Part shown: positions 39,526 through 52,208 of the stretch, in pieces
How positions within the stretch are numbered: position 1 is the stretch's first letter
How the letters are laid out: each line of letters opens with the position of its first letter
Assembly: GCA_963749705.1 (NCBI GenBank)
Contig: CAVVNQ010000010.1
Location: 95,359-159,358 of the forward strand
Direction: 5' to 3'
Origin: an uncultured Chloroflexia bacterium
GTDB taxonomy: Bacteria > Chloroflexota > Limnocylindria > Limnocylindrales > CSP1-4
Length of the DNA stretch: 64,000 nt
Program-made: the position numbers and the translations under genes
Notes under the pieces: generated by a model
What the model saw: only the letters and a program-made list of their open reading frames with translations
The model's database searches: none
What the model was told of the DNA's origin: nothing

Positions 39526-40580
39526 CGGCGAGGATGTACTACGACGCGGACGCGGATCCGTCGGCGCTCGAGGGCCAGACCGTCGCGGTCATCGGCTACG
39601 GGAGCCAGGGCCATGCGCACGCCCTCAACCTGCGCGACAGCGGGGTCGAGGTCGTCGTCGGGCTCGCCGCCGGGTCCAAGAGCCGGGCGCTCGCCGAGGC
39701 CGCCGGGTTCCGCGTGCTCGACACGGCCGATGCCGTCCGCGCCGCGGACGTGGTGATGATCGCCGTGCCCGACACCGCCCAGCGGGCGGTCTACGAGCGG
39801 GACATCGCCCCCAACCTCAAGCCCGGGGCACTGCTGATGTTCGCCCACGGCTTCAACATCCGGTTCGCGCTGATCAAGCCGCCGGCTGCCGTCGATGTCG
39901 GGATGGTCGCCCCCAAGGGCCCCGGCCACCTCCTGCGCAGCGTGTACGAGCAGGGCGGCGGCGTGCCGGCACTGTTCGCGGTCGAGCAGGACGGGTCGGG
40001 CACCGCCCGGGCGCGCGTGCTTGCCTACGCCCGCGGCATCGGCGCGACGCGGGCCGGCGTCCTCGAGACCACGTTCAAGGAGGAGACCGAGACCGACCTG
40101 TTCGGCGAGCAGGCGCTGCTGTGCGGTGGCGTCTCGGCGCTCGTCAAGGCCGCGTTCGAGACGCTGGTCGAGGCGGGCTACCAGCCCGAGCTCGCCTACT
40201 TCGAGACGATGCACGAGCTCAAGCTGATCGTCGACCTGATGTACCGGGGTGGCCTCAACTTCATGCGCTTCAGCGTCAGCGACACCGCGGAGTACGGCGA
40301 CTACGTCTCGGGCCCGCGCGTGACCGAAGGCGCCAAGGCGGCGATGAAGGACGTGCTCGCCGACATCCAGAGCGGCTCGTTCGCGACCCGCTGGGTCGCC
40401 GAGCAGGAGTCCGGCGGGCGCGAGTTCGCTCGACTTCGCCAGCAGGACCGCGACCACCAGATCGAGCAGGTCGGCGCGGACCTCCGCGCCCGGATGCCGT
40501 TCCTCAAGCCGGTGGTGGTCGACGCCGGTCAGGCCCAGGCCGTGGCCAGCGCCGCGGGGACCGGGGAGGGCAAGCGATGA
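39522..40580 (+). CDS. ilvC: Ketol-acid reductoisomerase
   Basis: [25 protein letters not shown] and SDTAEYG motifs. Confidence 0.97.
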   Translation: MTARMYYDADADPSALEGQTVAVIGYGSQGHAHALNLRDSGVEVVVGLAAGSKSRALAEAAGFRVLDTADAVRAADVVMIAVPDTAQRAVYERDIAPNLKPGALLMFAHGFNIRFALIKPPAAVDVGMVAPKGPGHLLRSVYEQGGGVPALFAVEQDGSGTARARVLAYARGIGATRAGVLETTFKEETETDLFGEQALLCGGVSALVKAAFETLVEAGYQPELAYFETMHELKLIVDLMYRGGLNFMRFSVSDTAEYGDYVSGPRVTEGAKAAMKDVLADIQSGSFATRWVAEQESGGREFARLRQQDRDHQIEQVGADLRARMPFLKPVVVDAGQAQAVASAAGTGEGKR

Positions 40581-42220
40581 CCTTCGAGGAGACGAAGCCA
40601 CGCTTCGGTGGCGGCGTCGCCGCCGGCACCGTCCGGGTGTTCGACACCACGCTCCGGGACGGGGAGCAGGCCCCCGGCGCCGGGCTCACCGCCGGCGAGA
40701 AGCTGGAGGTCGCCCGACAGCTCGCGCGGCTCAACGTCGACGTGATCGAGGCGGGCTTCCCGGCCGCCTCGCCCGGCGACTTCGACGCGGTCCGGCGGAT
40801 CGCGCAGGAGATCAAGGGCGGGATCGCCGTCGCCGCCCTCGCGCGCTGCCGCGACGGGGATCCGCAGCGCGCGGTGGAGGCGATCAGCGTCGCCGAGCGC
40901 CCGCACCTGCACCTGTTCATCGCCACCAGCGACATCCACCTCAAGCACAAGCTCCGGATCTCGCGCGAGCAGGCGCTCGCCGAGGCGCAGCGCTGGGTCG
41001 CCTGGGCGCGCAAGGAGCTCGGCCCCGATGCCGAGATCGAGTTCTCCGCGGAGGACGCCTCGCGGACCGAGGAGGCGTTCCTGCTCCAGGTGTACGAAGC
41101 CGTCGTCACGGCGGGTGCATCGACCGTCAACATCCCGGACACCGTGGGCTATGCGATCCCGTCCGAGTTCGGGCGCCTCGTGGGCACGGTCGTGGACCGG
41201 GTCGGCAGCGATGCGACGGTGAGCGTCCACTGCCACAACGACCTGGGGCTCGCCACGGCCAACACGCTGGCCGCCGTCCAGGCGGGCGCGCGCCAGGTCG
41301 AGGTGACCATCAACGGGCTGGGCGAGCGGGCGGGAAACGCCTCGCTGGAAGAGGTGGTGATGGCGCTGCGCACGCGGCCCACCCAGTTCCCCGAGCTCGG
41401 CGCGCAGGTCCAGACGGACCAGATCACGCCCGCGTCGCGGCTGGTCTCGTACCTCACCGGGTTCGCGATCCAGCCCAACAAGGCGATCGTCGGCGCCAAC
41501 GCCTTCGCCCACGAGTCCGGGATCCACCAGGACGGGTTCCTCAAGAACCCGCTGACGTACGAGATCATGACGCCACAGTCCGTGGGGCTGTCGGGGAGCA
41601 CCCTGTCCATCGGCAAGCTGTCCGGCCGCCGGGGGCTCCAGGGCAAGCTGCGCGAGCTGGGGCACGAGGTCGACACGGAGCAGCTCGACGAGATCTACCG
41701 GGACGCGATCGCGCTCGCGGATGCCAAGAAGGACGTCACCGACGCCGACCTGATCGCGCTCGTCGAGCAGCGCAAGTCGGACGTGCCGCGATCGATCGAG
41801 CTGCTGGGCTGGAGCATCAGCTCGTCCAGCGGCGGGCACTCGGTGGGCAGCGTCTCGCTCGTCATCGCGGGCGATGCGAAGGCCGCCGATGCGACCGGGA
41901 ACGGCCCGGTCAACGCCCTGTTCGCCGCCGTCGATTCGGCCGTGGGGCCGGTCCTCGGCTGGCACCCGGTGCTGACCGAGTACGAGATCAAGGCCGTGTC
42001 GGCGGGCGAGGACGCGCAGGGCCAGGTCCTGGTGCGCTGCCGTCGCTCGTCGGACGAGGGTCCAGGTGCGCTCGTGGTCACCGGCCACGGATTGTCCACG
42101 AACATCATCGAGGCCTCGCTCGAGGCGTATCTCGTGGCCGCGAACAAGCTCCACGGGGCGGAGATCAACGGCGTCGAGGTCGCGTTCGTCGGTCGCCGGA
42201 CGGGCGAGGAGCTGCCGTGA
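40577..42220 (+). CDS. leuA: 2-isopropylmalate synthase
   Basis: [22 protein letters not shown] and [10 protein letters not shown]; C-terminal GNGPV regulatory domain. Confidence 0.95.
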   Translation: MTFEETKPRFGGGVAAGTVRVFDTTLRDGEQAPGAGLTAGEKLEVARQLARLNVDVIEAGFPAASPGDFDAVRRIAQEIKGGIAVAALARCRDGDPQRAVEAISVAERPHLHLFIATSDIHLKHKLRISREQALAEAQRWVAWARKELGPDAEIEFSAEDASRTEEAFLLQVYEAVVTAGASTVNIPDTVGYAIPSEFGRLVGTVVDRVGSDATVSVHCHNDLGLATANTLAAVQAGARQVEVTINGLGERAGNASLEEVVMALRTRPTQFPELGAQVQTDQITPASRLVSYLTGFAIQPNKAIVGANAFAHESGIHQDGFLKNPLTYEIMTPQSVGLSGSTLSIGKLSGRRGLQGKLRELGHEVDTEQLDEIYRDAIALADAKKDVTDADLIALVEQRKSDVPRSIELLGWSISSSSGGHSVGSVSLVIAGDAKAADATGNGPVNALFAAVDSAVGPVLGWHPVLTEYEIKAVSAGEDAQGQVLVRCRRSSDEGPGALVVTGHGLSTNIIEASLEAYLVAANKLHGAEINGVEVAFVGRRTGEELP

Positions 42221-43401
42221 CGGACGGCGCACCGGGGACGGGCGGCACGGCGAAGGACGGGGACGTCCCGGTCACGACCTACCGCATCGCGCTCATCCCC
42301 GGCGACGGGGTGGGGCCTGAGGTGGTGGCCGGCGCCGTCGCGGTCCTCGAGGCCGCCGGGCGTGCCTTCGGGTTCGGGCTCGCCTGGGACGAGCTCGTCG
42401 TGGGTGGCGCCGGGATCGACGCGTACGGCGTCGCGATCCGGCCCGAGGACGTCGAGGCGTGCCGGGTCGCCGACGCGGTGCTGCTGGGTGCCGTCGGTGG
42501 TCCCAAGTGGGACGATCCCGACGCCACGGTTCGCCCGGAGCAGGCGCTGTTCGCGCTGCGCAGCGGGCTGGGCCTGTTCGCCAACCTGCGGCCGATCACG
42601 GTCAGCCCGTCGCTGATCTCGGCGTCGCCGCTGCGACCGGAGCTGCTCGAGGGCGTCGACTGCCTCATCGTGCGCGAGCTCACCTCGGGTCTGTACTTCG
42701 GCCGGCCGTCCGAGCAGCGGGCCACGCCCGAGGGCCGGGCGGCCATCGACACCCTGTGGTACACGGAGGGCGAGATCCGGCGGATCGTGACCCTCGCGTT
42801 CGAGCTGGCCCGCGACCGCCGGCGCAAGGTGACCCAGGTCGACAAGGCGAACGTGCTGGCCACGTCGCGGCTGTGGCGCAGGGTGACCGACGAGGTGCAC
42901 GCGCAGTTCCAGGACGTCACCCTCGAGCACCGCCTGGTGGACTCGGCGGCGATGGTCCTCGCCAGCCGCCCCGCGACCTTCGACGTCATCGTCACCGAGA
43001 ACCTGTTCGGCGACATCCTGTCCGACGAGGCCGCGGTGATCACCGGCTCGCTGGGGATGCTCCCGTCGGCATCGCTCGGCACCCGGTCGACCGCGCACGG
43101 CCGCCACGGGCTGTACGAGCCGATCCACGGCTCGGCGCCGGACATCGCCGGCCAGGACATCGCCAACCCGCTGGGCACGATCCTGTCGGCCGCGATGATG
43201 CTGCGCTGGTCGCTGGGCCGGGCCGATGCCGCGGACGCGATCGAGGCGGCCGTCGCCGGCGCGCTCGAGGACGGCTTCCGGACCCGGGACCTGGCCCCGA
43301 CGGATCCCACTGCGGCCGCCGACCTCAGCATCGTGGGCACCACGGAGATGGCCCGCATCATCGGGGACCGGATCGCAATTCGCCGGCCGGTGACCGCCTG
43401 A
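42217..43401 (+). CDS. leuB: 3-isopropylmalate dehydrogenase
   Basis: GDGVGPEV, ANLRP, DKANV, NLFGDILSD and EPIHGSAPDIAG motifs. Confidence 0.96.
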   Translation: MTDGAPGTGGTAKDGDVPVTTYRIALIPGDGVGPEVVAGAVAVLEAAGRAFGFGLAWDELVVGGAGIDAYGVAIRPEDVEACRVADAVLLGAVGGPKWDDPDATVRPEQALFALRSGLGLFANLRPITVSPSLISASPLRPELLEGVDCLIVRELTSGLYFGRPSEQRATPEGRAAIDTLWYTEGEIRRIVTLAFELARDRRRKVTQVDKANVLATSRLWRRVTDEVHAQFQDVTLEHRLVDSAAMVLASRPATFDVIVTENLFGDILSDEAAVITGSLGMLPSASLGTRSTAHGRHGLYEPIHGSAPDIAGQDIANPLGTILSAAMMLRWSLGRADAADAIEAAVAGALEDGFRTRDLAPTDPTAAADLSIVGTTEMARIIGDRIAIRRPVTA

Positions 43402-43465
43402 CGGCGGGGCACCGGCCGAGCCGAGTCGACGACCCACCCGCAGCGGGCCACTGGACCCAGACCGC

Positions 43466-45192
<1,727 letters not shown>

Positions 45193-45196
<4 letters not shown>

Positions 45197-45726
45197 GCGA
45201 CAGCGTGCCCCGCGTCCCCATCCGCCTCGAGCGCTGGACGGTCACGGCCGGCAGCAACGCCAACAGCCGCGCCGCCGTGGTCATCCGCGCCGGCGGCCAC
45301 GACTGGCAGGCCTCCGCCGAGGGCAACGGCGCCGTCGACGCGCTGTACAAGGCCGTGGACCGGGCACTGGCCGACGTGCTCGGTGGCCATCCGCTGCTGC
45401 TCGCGTACGACGTCCACGCGCTCGCGCAGGGGCCCGACGCCGAGGGACGGGTCACGGTCCGGATCGCGCCGCCGCCGGCGGCCACGGGCGCCCGGGCCGA
45501 TGGCCTGTTCAACGGCGAGATATCGAGCACCAACACGATCGCCGCGTCGGTCGAGGCGTACATCGCGGCGATCAGCCAGATGCTGGCGGCGGAGTCGTGG
45601 ACGGGGGCAGCCGAGGATGCCGGCACCGCGCGGGCTCACGGTCGCACCGACGTCGACGCGGCCGAGGGAGCGGAGTTCGACGACGAGGCGCGGCCGATCG
45701 ACACGACCGAGTGGTTCAACCGGTAG
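45193..45726 (+). CDS. Stand-alone LeuA/CimA allosteric (regulatory) domain protein
   Basis: AEGNGAVDALYKAVDRAL, LLAYDVHAL...DAEGRVTV and STNTIAASVEAY parallel the C-terminus of LeuA in this operon. GGAGG RBS and ATGA overlap. Confidence 0.8.
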
Positions 45727-45731
45727 CCGCG

Positions 45732-46631
45732 GTGCCCGGGCCCGATCCTGCCGCGCGCGCGGCGCGCGAGCCGGCCCTCCGCGTTGCCTATGCCGGTGAG
45801 CCCGGCGCCTTTGCCGAGGAGGCGGTCCTGCGCTTCTTCCGCGATCCGGACGCGCACTCCGCCGGCTCGTTCCGCGCGGCGTTCGAAGCGGTGCGCGACG
45901 GTGGCTGCGATGCCGGCGTGGTCCCGGTCGAGAGCTCGTTGCTGGGCACCATCCGCGAGAATCTCGACCTGCTGTACGAGTTCGACCTGCCGATCGTGGG
46001 GGAGGTCAGCGTCCCCGTCCGGCTCGCGCTGCTCGCCTTGCCCGGGGAGCGGCTCGAGACCATCGAGCGCGTGTACTCGATCACGGCGGCGCTGGCCCAG
46101 GCCGACGAGTTCCTGCGATCGCGCCCGTGGACGATCCAGACTACGTACAACACCGCCGGCGCGGCCAAGCAGGTCGCCGATCGTCGTGAGCCGGGCACGG
46201 CGGCCGTCGCGTCCGCGCGGGTTGCGGGCATCTACGGTCTCGAGATCCTCGCCGACGGGATCCAGTCGGGCGACCACAACCGGACCCGGTTCGCGGTCAT
46301 CGCCCGGGCCGGCGACCAGGCAACGGTGCGCGCCGCCGCCGACCCCGCGGCCGTGGCCGGGGCCGCCAAGACGACCCTCGTGTTCGCGGTGCGCAACGTG
46401 CCCGGGTCGCTCCATCGTTCGCTGGGGGCGTTCGCCGAGCGAGGGCTGAACCTGTCGCGGCTCGAGTCCCGACCGTGGACCGAACGTGGCTCGCGCTGGG
46501 AGTACCTGTTCTGGGTGGACCTGGACGCGGACCCGGGCGAACCTCGGTGCGCCGACGCGCTCGCCGCGCTGCGCCGCGAGACCGAGGTCGTGCGCATCCT
46601 CGGCACGTACCCGCGAGCCGCCGAGGACTGA
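45732..46631 (+). CDS. pheA: Prephenate dehydratase
   Basis: AYAGEPGAF, PVESS and NRTRF; ACT domain NVPGSL...NLSRLESRP. Confidence 0.88.
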   Translation: MPGPDPAARAAREPALRVAYAGEPGAFAEEAVLRFFRDPDAHSAGSFRAAFEAVRDGGCDAGVVPVESSLLGTIRENLDLLYEFDLPIVGEVSVPVRLALLALPGERLETIERVYSITAALAQADEFLRSRPWTIQTTYNTAGAAKQVADRREPGTAAVASARVAGIYGLEILADGIQSGDHNRTRFAVIARAGDQATVRAAADPAAVAGAAKTTLVFAVRNVPGSLHRSLGAFAERGLNLSRLESRPWTERGSRWEYLFWVDLDADPGEPRCADALAALRRETEVVRILGTYPRAAED

Positions 46632-46820
46632 CGGCGGCGACATCGCGGCCGGCGGCGCGCCGGATCCGGTCCGCGAATCTCGCCTCTCGATCGCGGCGGG
46701 ACTGCGTTCCCCGCCCCTGCGCCAAGCATGTCGCCGGCCGCTCACCGGCGGCTTGTGTCGCGGATGCAGGCCTACAATCAGGCCATCGAATGCCGCCCGA
46801 CATCGCGCCAGGAGCCAGCC

Positions 46821-48266
46821 ATGGCCACCATCACCGCCACCACCCCGCACCCGATCTACCTGGCCGGCCGCTGGGTGGATTCGCCCGACTCGCTCGTCAT
46901 CGACAACCCGGCCCGGCCGGGTGAGCCCGCGGGCGCGACCTACAGCGCAACCCCGAAGCAGTACGAGGAGGCGGTCCAGGCCGCGGTCCGGGCGTTCGAG
47001 GTGACCCGCAAGCTGCCCGCCTACGAGCGCGGCCGGATCCTGCGCGAGATCAGCGCCGGGATCCGGGCGCGTCGCGAGGAGCTCGGCGCGCTCCTCTCGG
47101 CCGAGGCCGGCAAGCCGATCCGCGACGCGCTGGTCGAGGTCGACCGCGCGGTGCTCACCTTCCGGCTGGGCGCCGAGGAGGCGGAGCGGATGACGGGCGA
47201 GATGATCCCGCTCGACCTGATGGCCAGCAGCAAGGGCCGGGTGGGCCTCACCCGCCGGTTCCCGATCGGGCCGATCGCCGGGATCAGCCCGTTCAACTTC
47301 CCGCTCAACCTCGCGGTCCACAAGATCGCGCCCGCGATCGCGGCGGGCAACACGATCGTGCTCAAGCCACCGTCCAAGGACCCCCTGGTGATGCTCACCG
47401 TGGGCGAGATCATCGATGCCGCGGGGATCCCGGAGGGCATGGTCAGCATCCTGCCCATGAGCCGGGAGCTCGGCGACCGGATGGTGTCGGACGAGCGGTT
47501 CAAGCTGCTCACGTTCACCGGCAGCCCCGCGGTCGGCTGGAAGATGAAGGAGCGCGCGGGCAAGAAGAAGGTCGTGCTCGAGCTGGGCGGCAACGCGGGC
47601 GTCATCGTGGACCGCAGCGCCGACCTCGACTGGGCGGTCAAGCGGATCATCACCGGCGCGTTCGCGTACAGCGGCCAGGTATGCATCAGCGTCCAGCGGA
47701 TGTACGTCCACCAGGACGTCTGGGACCCGTTCATGGAGCGGTTCCTCGCGGCGGCCGCGGCGCTCCGCCAGGGCGATCCGGCGGATCCGACGACCGATGT
47801 CGGGCCGATGGTCGACGAGCGCAACGCGCTGCGCACGCAGGCCTGGGTGGACGAGGCGAAGGCGATGGGCGGCAAGGTGCTGCTGGGCGGCACGGCCAAC
47901 GGCACCTTCTTCCCGCCCACGGTGCTCACGGATGTCCCGCTCGGGGCCCAGGTGTGCTCGGCGGAGGCGTTCGCCCCACTCGTGGTCGCGTTCAAGTTCA
48001 GCGACATCGACGAGGCGATCGCGGGCGTCAACGACAGCTACTTCGGCCTCCAGACCGGCGTGTTCACCAACGACCTCGCGCACGCCTGGACGAGCTTCAA
48101 CGAGCTCGAGGTGGGCGGCGTGATCGTCAACGACATCCCGACCTACCGGATCGACCACATGCCCTACGGCGGCGTCAAGGATTCGGGGCTGGGTCGCGAG
48201 GGCCTGCGCTGGTCGATCGAGGACATGACCGAGCTGCGGCTGATGGTGCTCGCCTGGCCCCAATAG
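46821..48266 (+). CDS. Aldehyde dehydrogenase family protein
   Basis: PFNFPLN, FTGS, LELGGN, GQVCIS and PYGGVKDSG motifs. Confidence 0.93.
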   Translation: MATITATTPHPIYLAGRWVDSPDSLVIDNPARPGEPAGATYSATPKQYEEAVQAAVRAFEVTRKLPAYERGRILREISAGIRARREELGALLSAEAGKPIRDALVEVDRAVLTFRLGAEEAERMTGEMIPLDLMASSKGRVGLTRRFPIGPIAGISPFNFPLNLAVHKIAPAIAAGNTIVLKPPSKDPLVMLTVGEIIDAAGIPEGMVSILPMSRELGDRMVSDERFKLLTFTGSPAVGWKMKERAGKKKVVLELGGNAGVIVDRSADLDWAVKRIITGAFAYSGQVCISVQRMYVHQDVWDPFMERFLAAAAALRQGDPADPTTDVGPMVDERNALRTQAWVDEAKAMGGKVLLGGTANGTFFPPTVLTDVPLGAQVCSAEAFAPLVVAFKFSDIDEAIAGVNDSYFGLQTGVFTNDLAHAWTSFNELEVGGVIVNDIPTYRIDHMPYGGVKDSGLGREGLRWSIEDMTELRLMVLAWPQ

Positions 48267-48358
48267 GGGAGATCGTCGACCCGGCCACCTGACCCCCGGC
48301 GTCCCGGGCGCCGCGACCCTCGCTCGCAGTCGGGGTGGCGTCGCGCACACTCCGCGCC

Positions 48359-49534
48359 ATGGACCTGACCCTCACCGCCGTACAGGCTGATCTCCGAGAC
48401 CGGGCTCGCACCTATGTCGTCGACTCGCTCCAGCCCCTCGAGGCCGAGTTCGAGCGGAACCGGGGCACGCTTCCAGCCGAGACTGTGGGGGAGCTCAGGC
48501 AGCGGGCGATCGAGCTCCGGCTCCACGGCGGCAGCCTGCCGCGGGAGACCGGCGGCCAGGGCTGGTCCGCGCTGGAGCAGGTGCTGGTCCACGAGCAGCT
48601 GGGGCAGGCCACCGGCGGCCTGTGGAGCTTCATCCCGGGCGCCTACAACGCGCTGATCCACTGCAACCCCGAGCAGCGGACGCGGTATCTCGACCCGTGC
48701 CTGCGCGGCGAGCGCAACGTGAGCTACGCGATCACGGAACCTGGACAGGGCTCCGATGCGCGGACGCTGGCCTCGACCGCGGTGCACGATCCGGCGACGG
48801 GCGAGTACGTCCTCAACGGCGAGAAGTGGTTCGTCACCGGGCCGTCGGACACGGACTTCATGATCTTCCACTGTCACCTGCTCGACGGGGATCAGCGGAA
48901 GCCGACCCTGTTCCTCGTCGACTACGACGCGCCCGGCGTGACCCTGTCCCACGACCCCGACTACACGCACACGTTCGCCGATCGCCACCCGCAGTTCACC
49001 CTGACCGACGTGCGGGTCGGGGCGGACGCGGTCCTGGGACCGATCGGCGAGGCCGACACCATGACCAACGAGTGGTTCGTCGAGGAGCGATTGCACATCG
49101 GCGCCCGGTGCAGCGGCGCGATGGAGCGGCTGCTGACGCTCGCGGTCGAGTGGGGGACGGGGCGGGTCCAGTTCGGCGAGCGCATCTACGACTTCCAGGG
49201 CGTGAGCTTCCCGCTGGCCAATTCGGCGGCCGACGCCGCCGCGGCCCGGCTGCTCACGCGCGAGGCCGCCTGGCTGATGGACAGCGGAGCCAACGCCAAG
49301 GTGGTCCACGCGAAGGCATCGATCGCCAAGCTGTTCGCGTCCGAGGCCGCGTACCGCTGCGCCGACCGCGTGGTCCAGGTGTTCGGCGGCCGCGGCTACA
49401 TGCGCGAGTTCCCCGCCGAGCGGTTCCTGCGCGAGCTGCGCGTGGACCGGATCTGGGAGGGCACGTCCGAGATCCAGCGCATGGTCATCGCTCGCGCGCT
49501 CGAGAAGCGGGGCGTCGGCGTGGTCGTCGGCTGA
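48359..49534 (+). CDS. Acyl-CoA dehydrogenase
   Basis: AITEPGQGSD, NGEKWF, RVQFG, QVFGGRGY and IWEGTSEIQR motifs. Confidence 0.93.
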   Translation: MDLTLTAVQADLRDRARTYVVDSLQPLEAEFERNRGTLPAETVGELRQRAIELRLHGGSLPRETGGQGWSALEQVLVHEQLGQATGGLWSFIPGAYNALIHCNPEQRTRYLDPCLRGERNVSYAITEPGQGSDARTLASTAVHDPATGEYVLNGEKWFVTGPSDTDFMIFHCHLLDGDQRKPTLFLVDYDAPGVTLSHDPDYTHTFADRHPQFTLTDVRVGADAVLGPIGEADTMTNEWFVEERLHIGARCSGAMERLLTLAVEWGTGRVQFGERIYDFQGVSFPLANSAADAAAARLLTREAAWLMDSGANAKVVHAKASIAKLFASEAAYRCADRVVQVFGGRGYMREFPAERFLRELRVDRIWEGTSEIQRMVIARALEKRGVGVVVG

Positions 49535-49545
49535 GCCGCCCGCCC

Positions 49546-51780
49546 GTGCGTCCCCCGCCCGTGCGTCCGCCGGCCATCGACCTCCGCCCGCTGTTCGCGC
49601 CGAGCTCGATCGCGGTCGTCGGGGCGAGCCCCCGGTCGTCGCTGGCGCGGACCATGCGCGACAACCTCGTCCTGATGGGCAGCGACACCCGCTGCCACTT
49701 CGTCAACCCCAACTACACGGAGGTGGACGGATCGCCCTGCTGGCCGTCGATCGATGCCCTGCCGGAGCGCCCGGACACCGTGATCCTCGCCGTCAACCCG
49801 CTTCGGGCCGCGCGGTTCGCGCAGGATGCCGCCGAAGCGGGCGTGCCCAGCCTGGTGATCCCCGGCGGGGGTGTCGTCGAAGGGGGTGAGGCCGCCGCCG
49901 AGATGCAGCGGCAGGTCGGCGAGATCGCGCGCGCCCACGGCATCGCGCTGCTGGGGCCGAACTGCATGGGCATGGTCGACTGGACGACCCGAAGCTCCAA
50001 CTACATCGGCGACGTCAACCCCTGGCTGGCCCGCGGGCACGTCGCCGGCCTCGCCCAGTCCGGCAGCGTCACCGACGCGTTCATCCATGCGCCGGGCACG
50101 CGGATCGGGTACAGCCGGATCGTGTCCGTCGGGGCGGAGACGGTGCTCGACATCTGCGACTACCTCGACTACTGCCTCGACGACGACGAGACCCACGCCG
50201 TCATGCTGTTCGTCGAGGGGTTCAAGCGGCCCGAGCGGTTCCTGGCGCTCGCGGACCGGGCCCTCGCCATGGGCAAGCCGATCCTGGCCGTCAAGGTCGG
50301 CCGATCCGAGCAGGCGCAGGAGGCCGCGATCGCGCACAGCGGCAGCCTGGCAGGGGAGGACCGGGTGACCGACGCCGCGTTCGAGGCGGCCGGGATCATC
50401 CGCTGCCACGACCTCGACGAGCTGCTCGAGCAGGCTGAGCTCATCGCGGGCGCCGACCGGCTGGGTCGCGGCGTGGGGCGCGGGCGGACCGGCGTGATCA
50501 CCGTGTCCACCGGCGAGGCGTCGCTGGTCGCCGACCTCGCCGAGCGCGTCGGCCTGGACCTGCCGCCGGTCCCCGAGGCTGCGCGGGCCGCGATCCTGCG
50601 CGACCTGCCGACCATGGGCTACATCGGCAACCCGCTCGATCCCTGGGGCGCCGACGATGCGCCGATCGCGTACCAGGCGTGCTTCGAGGCCTTCGCCGCC
50701 TCCGGCGCGTACGACGTGCTGGCCGTGGTCCACGACTCCCCGTACCGGGACCTGGCCGGCGAGGTGGAGGTGGCGCTCGATGTGAGCCGGGCGCTCATCC
50801 GCGCGACGGAGGACCGGCCGGGCCTGCTCCCGGTGTACGTGTCGCTGACGTCGGGGGACGTGTCGGGAGAGACCAAGGCCGTGCTCGATGCGGCGGGCGG
50901 GATCCCGATGGTCCGCGGCGCGGTCGAGGCCCTGTGCGCGATCGCGCGGCTGGCCTGGTGGGAGGCGAGGCGCGCCGACCGGCTTGCGCGTGGTCCGCGG
51001 CGTGCCGAATGGCCGGCGATTGCCACGAGCCACGTGATGTGGGGGGAGGATGATGACGCTGGTCCGCTCGCGAACGATCGGACTGGCGCTCCCGACGCCC
51101 GGGTCACGCTGCCCGAGCGCGAGAGCCTGGAGCGGCTGGGCGCGGCGGGCGTGCCGGTCACGCCGTTCATCGCGGTGCCGCTCGACCGGGACGCGGCGGT
51201 GGCGGCCTGGCGGGCGCTGGGCGGCGGGCCGGTCGCGCTCAAGCTGGACGTGGTCGGCCTCGCGCACAAGACCGAGGCGGGCGCGGTCCGGCTCGGTCTG
51301 GCCGATGAGGCGGCGGTCCGGGGCGCGGTCGGGGAGCTGGCCGAAGCGGCGTCGCGCGCTGGTGGCGCCAACGCGCCAATCACCGTCCGCGGCCTGCTCG
51401 TCGAGCCGATGGCGCCGGCTGGCGTCGAGATCATCGTCGGTGGCCGCCGGGACGCGGTCTTCGGGCCGGCAGTCCTGGTCGGGCTGGGCGGCATCTTCAC
51501 GGAAGTGCTCGATGACATCGCCGTGCTCCTGGCGCCCGTTGATCCGGCGGTGACTCGCGCAAGACTCGAGCGGCTGCGGGGGGCGGCGCTCCTGAGGGGC
51601 ATTCGTGGCCGGCCTGGGATCGACATGGGTGCGCTCTCGGCGTTCGTGACCGCCGTTGCCCGGTTCCTGGGCGACAACCCCGGGGTGCTCGAGGTGGACC
51701 TCAACCCGGTGATTGCCGGGCCGAATGCGGCGGTGGCGGTGGACGCATTGGTCGTGACCGATCGGTGCGAGTCGGCCTGA
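49546..51780 (+). CDS. Acetate--CoA ligase (ADP-forming) family, fused alpha/beta
   Basis: IAVVGAS, GPNCMG, QSG, AHSGSLAG, NPLD, HKTE and VDLNPV motifs. Confidence 0.9.
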   Translation: MRPPPVRPPAIDLRPLFAPSSIAVVGASPRSSLARTMRDNLVLMGSDTRCHFVNPNYTEVDGSPCWPSIDALPERPDTVILAVNPLRAARFAQDAAEAGVPSLVIPGGGVVEGGEAAAEMQRQVGEIARAHGIALLGPNCMGMVDWTTRSSNYIGDVNPWLARGHVAGLAQSGSVTDAFIHAPGTRIGYSRIVSVGAETVLDICDYLDYCLDDDETHAVMLFVEGFKRPERFLALADRALAMGKPILAVKVGRSEQAQEAAIAHSGSLAGEDRVTDAAFEAAGIIRCHDLDELLEQAELIAGADRLGRGVGRGRTGVITVSTGEASLVADLAERVGLDLPPVPEAARAAILRDLPTMGYIGNPLDPWGADDAPIAYQACFEAFAASGAYDVLAVVHDSPYRDLAGEVEVALDVSRALIRATEDRPGLLPVYVSLTSGDVSGETKAVLDAAGGIPMVRGAVEALCAIARLAWWEARRADRLARGPRRAEWPAIATSHVMWGEDDDAGPLANDRTGAPDARVTLPERESLERLGAAGVPVTPFIAVPLDRDAAVAAWRALGGGPVALKLDVVGLAHKTEAGAVRLGLADEAAVRGAVGELAEAASRAGGANAPITVRGLLVEPMAPAGVEIIVGGRRDAVFGPAVLVGLGGIFTEVLDDIAVLLAPVDPAVTRARLERLRGAALLRGIRGRPGIDMGALSAFVTAVARFLGDNPGVLEVDLNPVIAGPNAAVAVDALVVTDRCESA

Positions 51781-52125
51781 GCTGACGCGGAGGATCCGGC
51801 GACCGAGCCCGGCCAGACCGGGTCGGTGGCCAACCCATGCCACCGCATGACAATCGGCCGTTCCGTTACCAATCCGCCCGCGATCGGGTGGTGATCGCAG
51901 GGCGCCAGGAAGTGACCAATCGCGGCAAGCTCACCTCACTCGAGTGGGCCGTGGCGGATGGGCATGGGTGGAACGTACGGGGTGGTGATCCCTGAGGGTG
52001 GGTTTCATCGGAACGGTCGGCCGCGGTTCGCAGTACTCCTTACTCAGTGCGCTGGAGGGCGGGGGCGACTACGGTTTGCATGAGCCGGAGCGGGCATCCG
52101 GGACCGCCCGCGAACCGCAGGCTCT

Positions 52126-52200
52126 CCACGAAACGGCACACCCGTCGCGAGGCGGGGCCGCAAAGCCACGGGACTCTCAGAGTCAGCCGGGTTGCCGAAT
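52126..52200 (+). ncRNA. Cyclic di-GMP-I (GEMM-I) riboswitch
   Basis: GGCACACCCGTC-GCGA-GGCGGGGCCGCAAAGCCACGGG...CAGCCGGGTTGCCG matches the class-I two-hairpin architecture with a GNRA loop. Confidence 0.85.
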
Positions 52201-52208
52201 GAAGGTAT

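Noticed and set aside
45636-48350. 904-aa minus-strand ORF
   Set aside because: Antisense shadow of pheA and the aldehyde dehydrogenase gene.
51781-52120. Small ORF or ncRNA upstream of the riboswitch
   Set aside because: Only a weak hairpin and loose CAATC repeats are present; not enough support.
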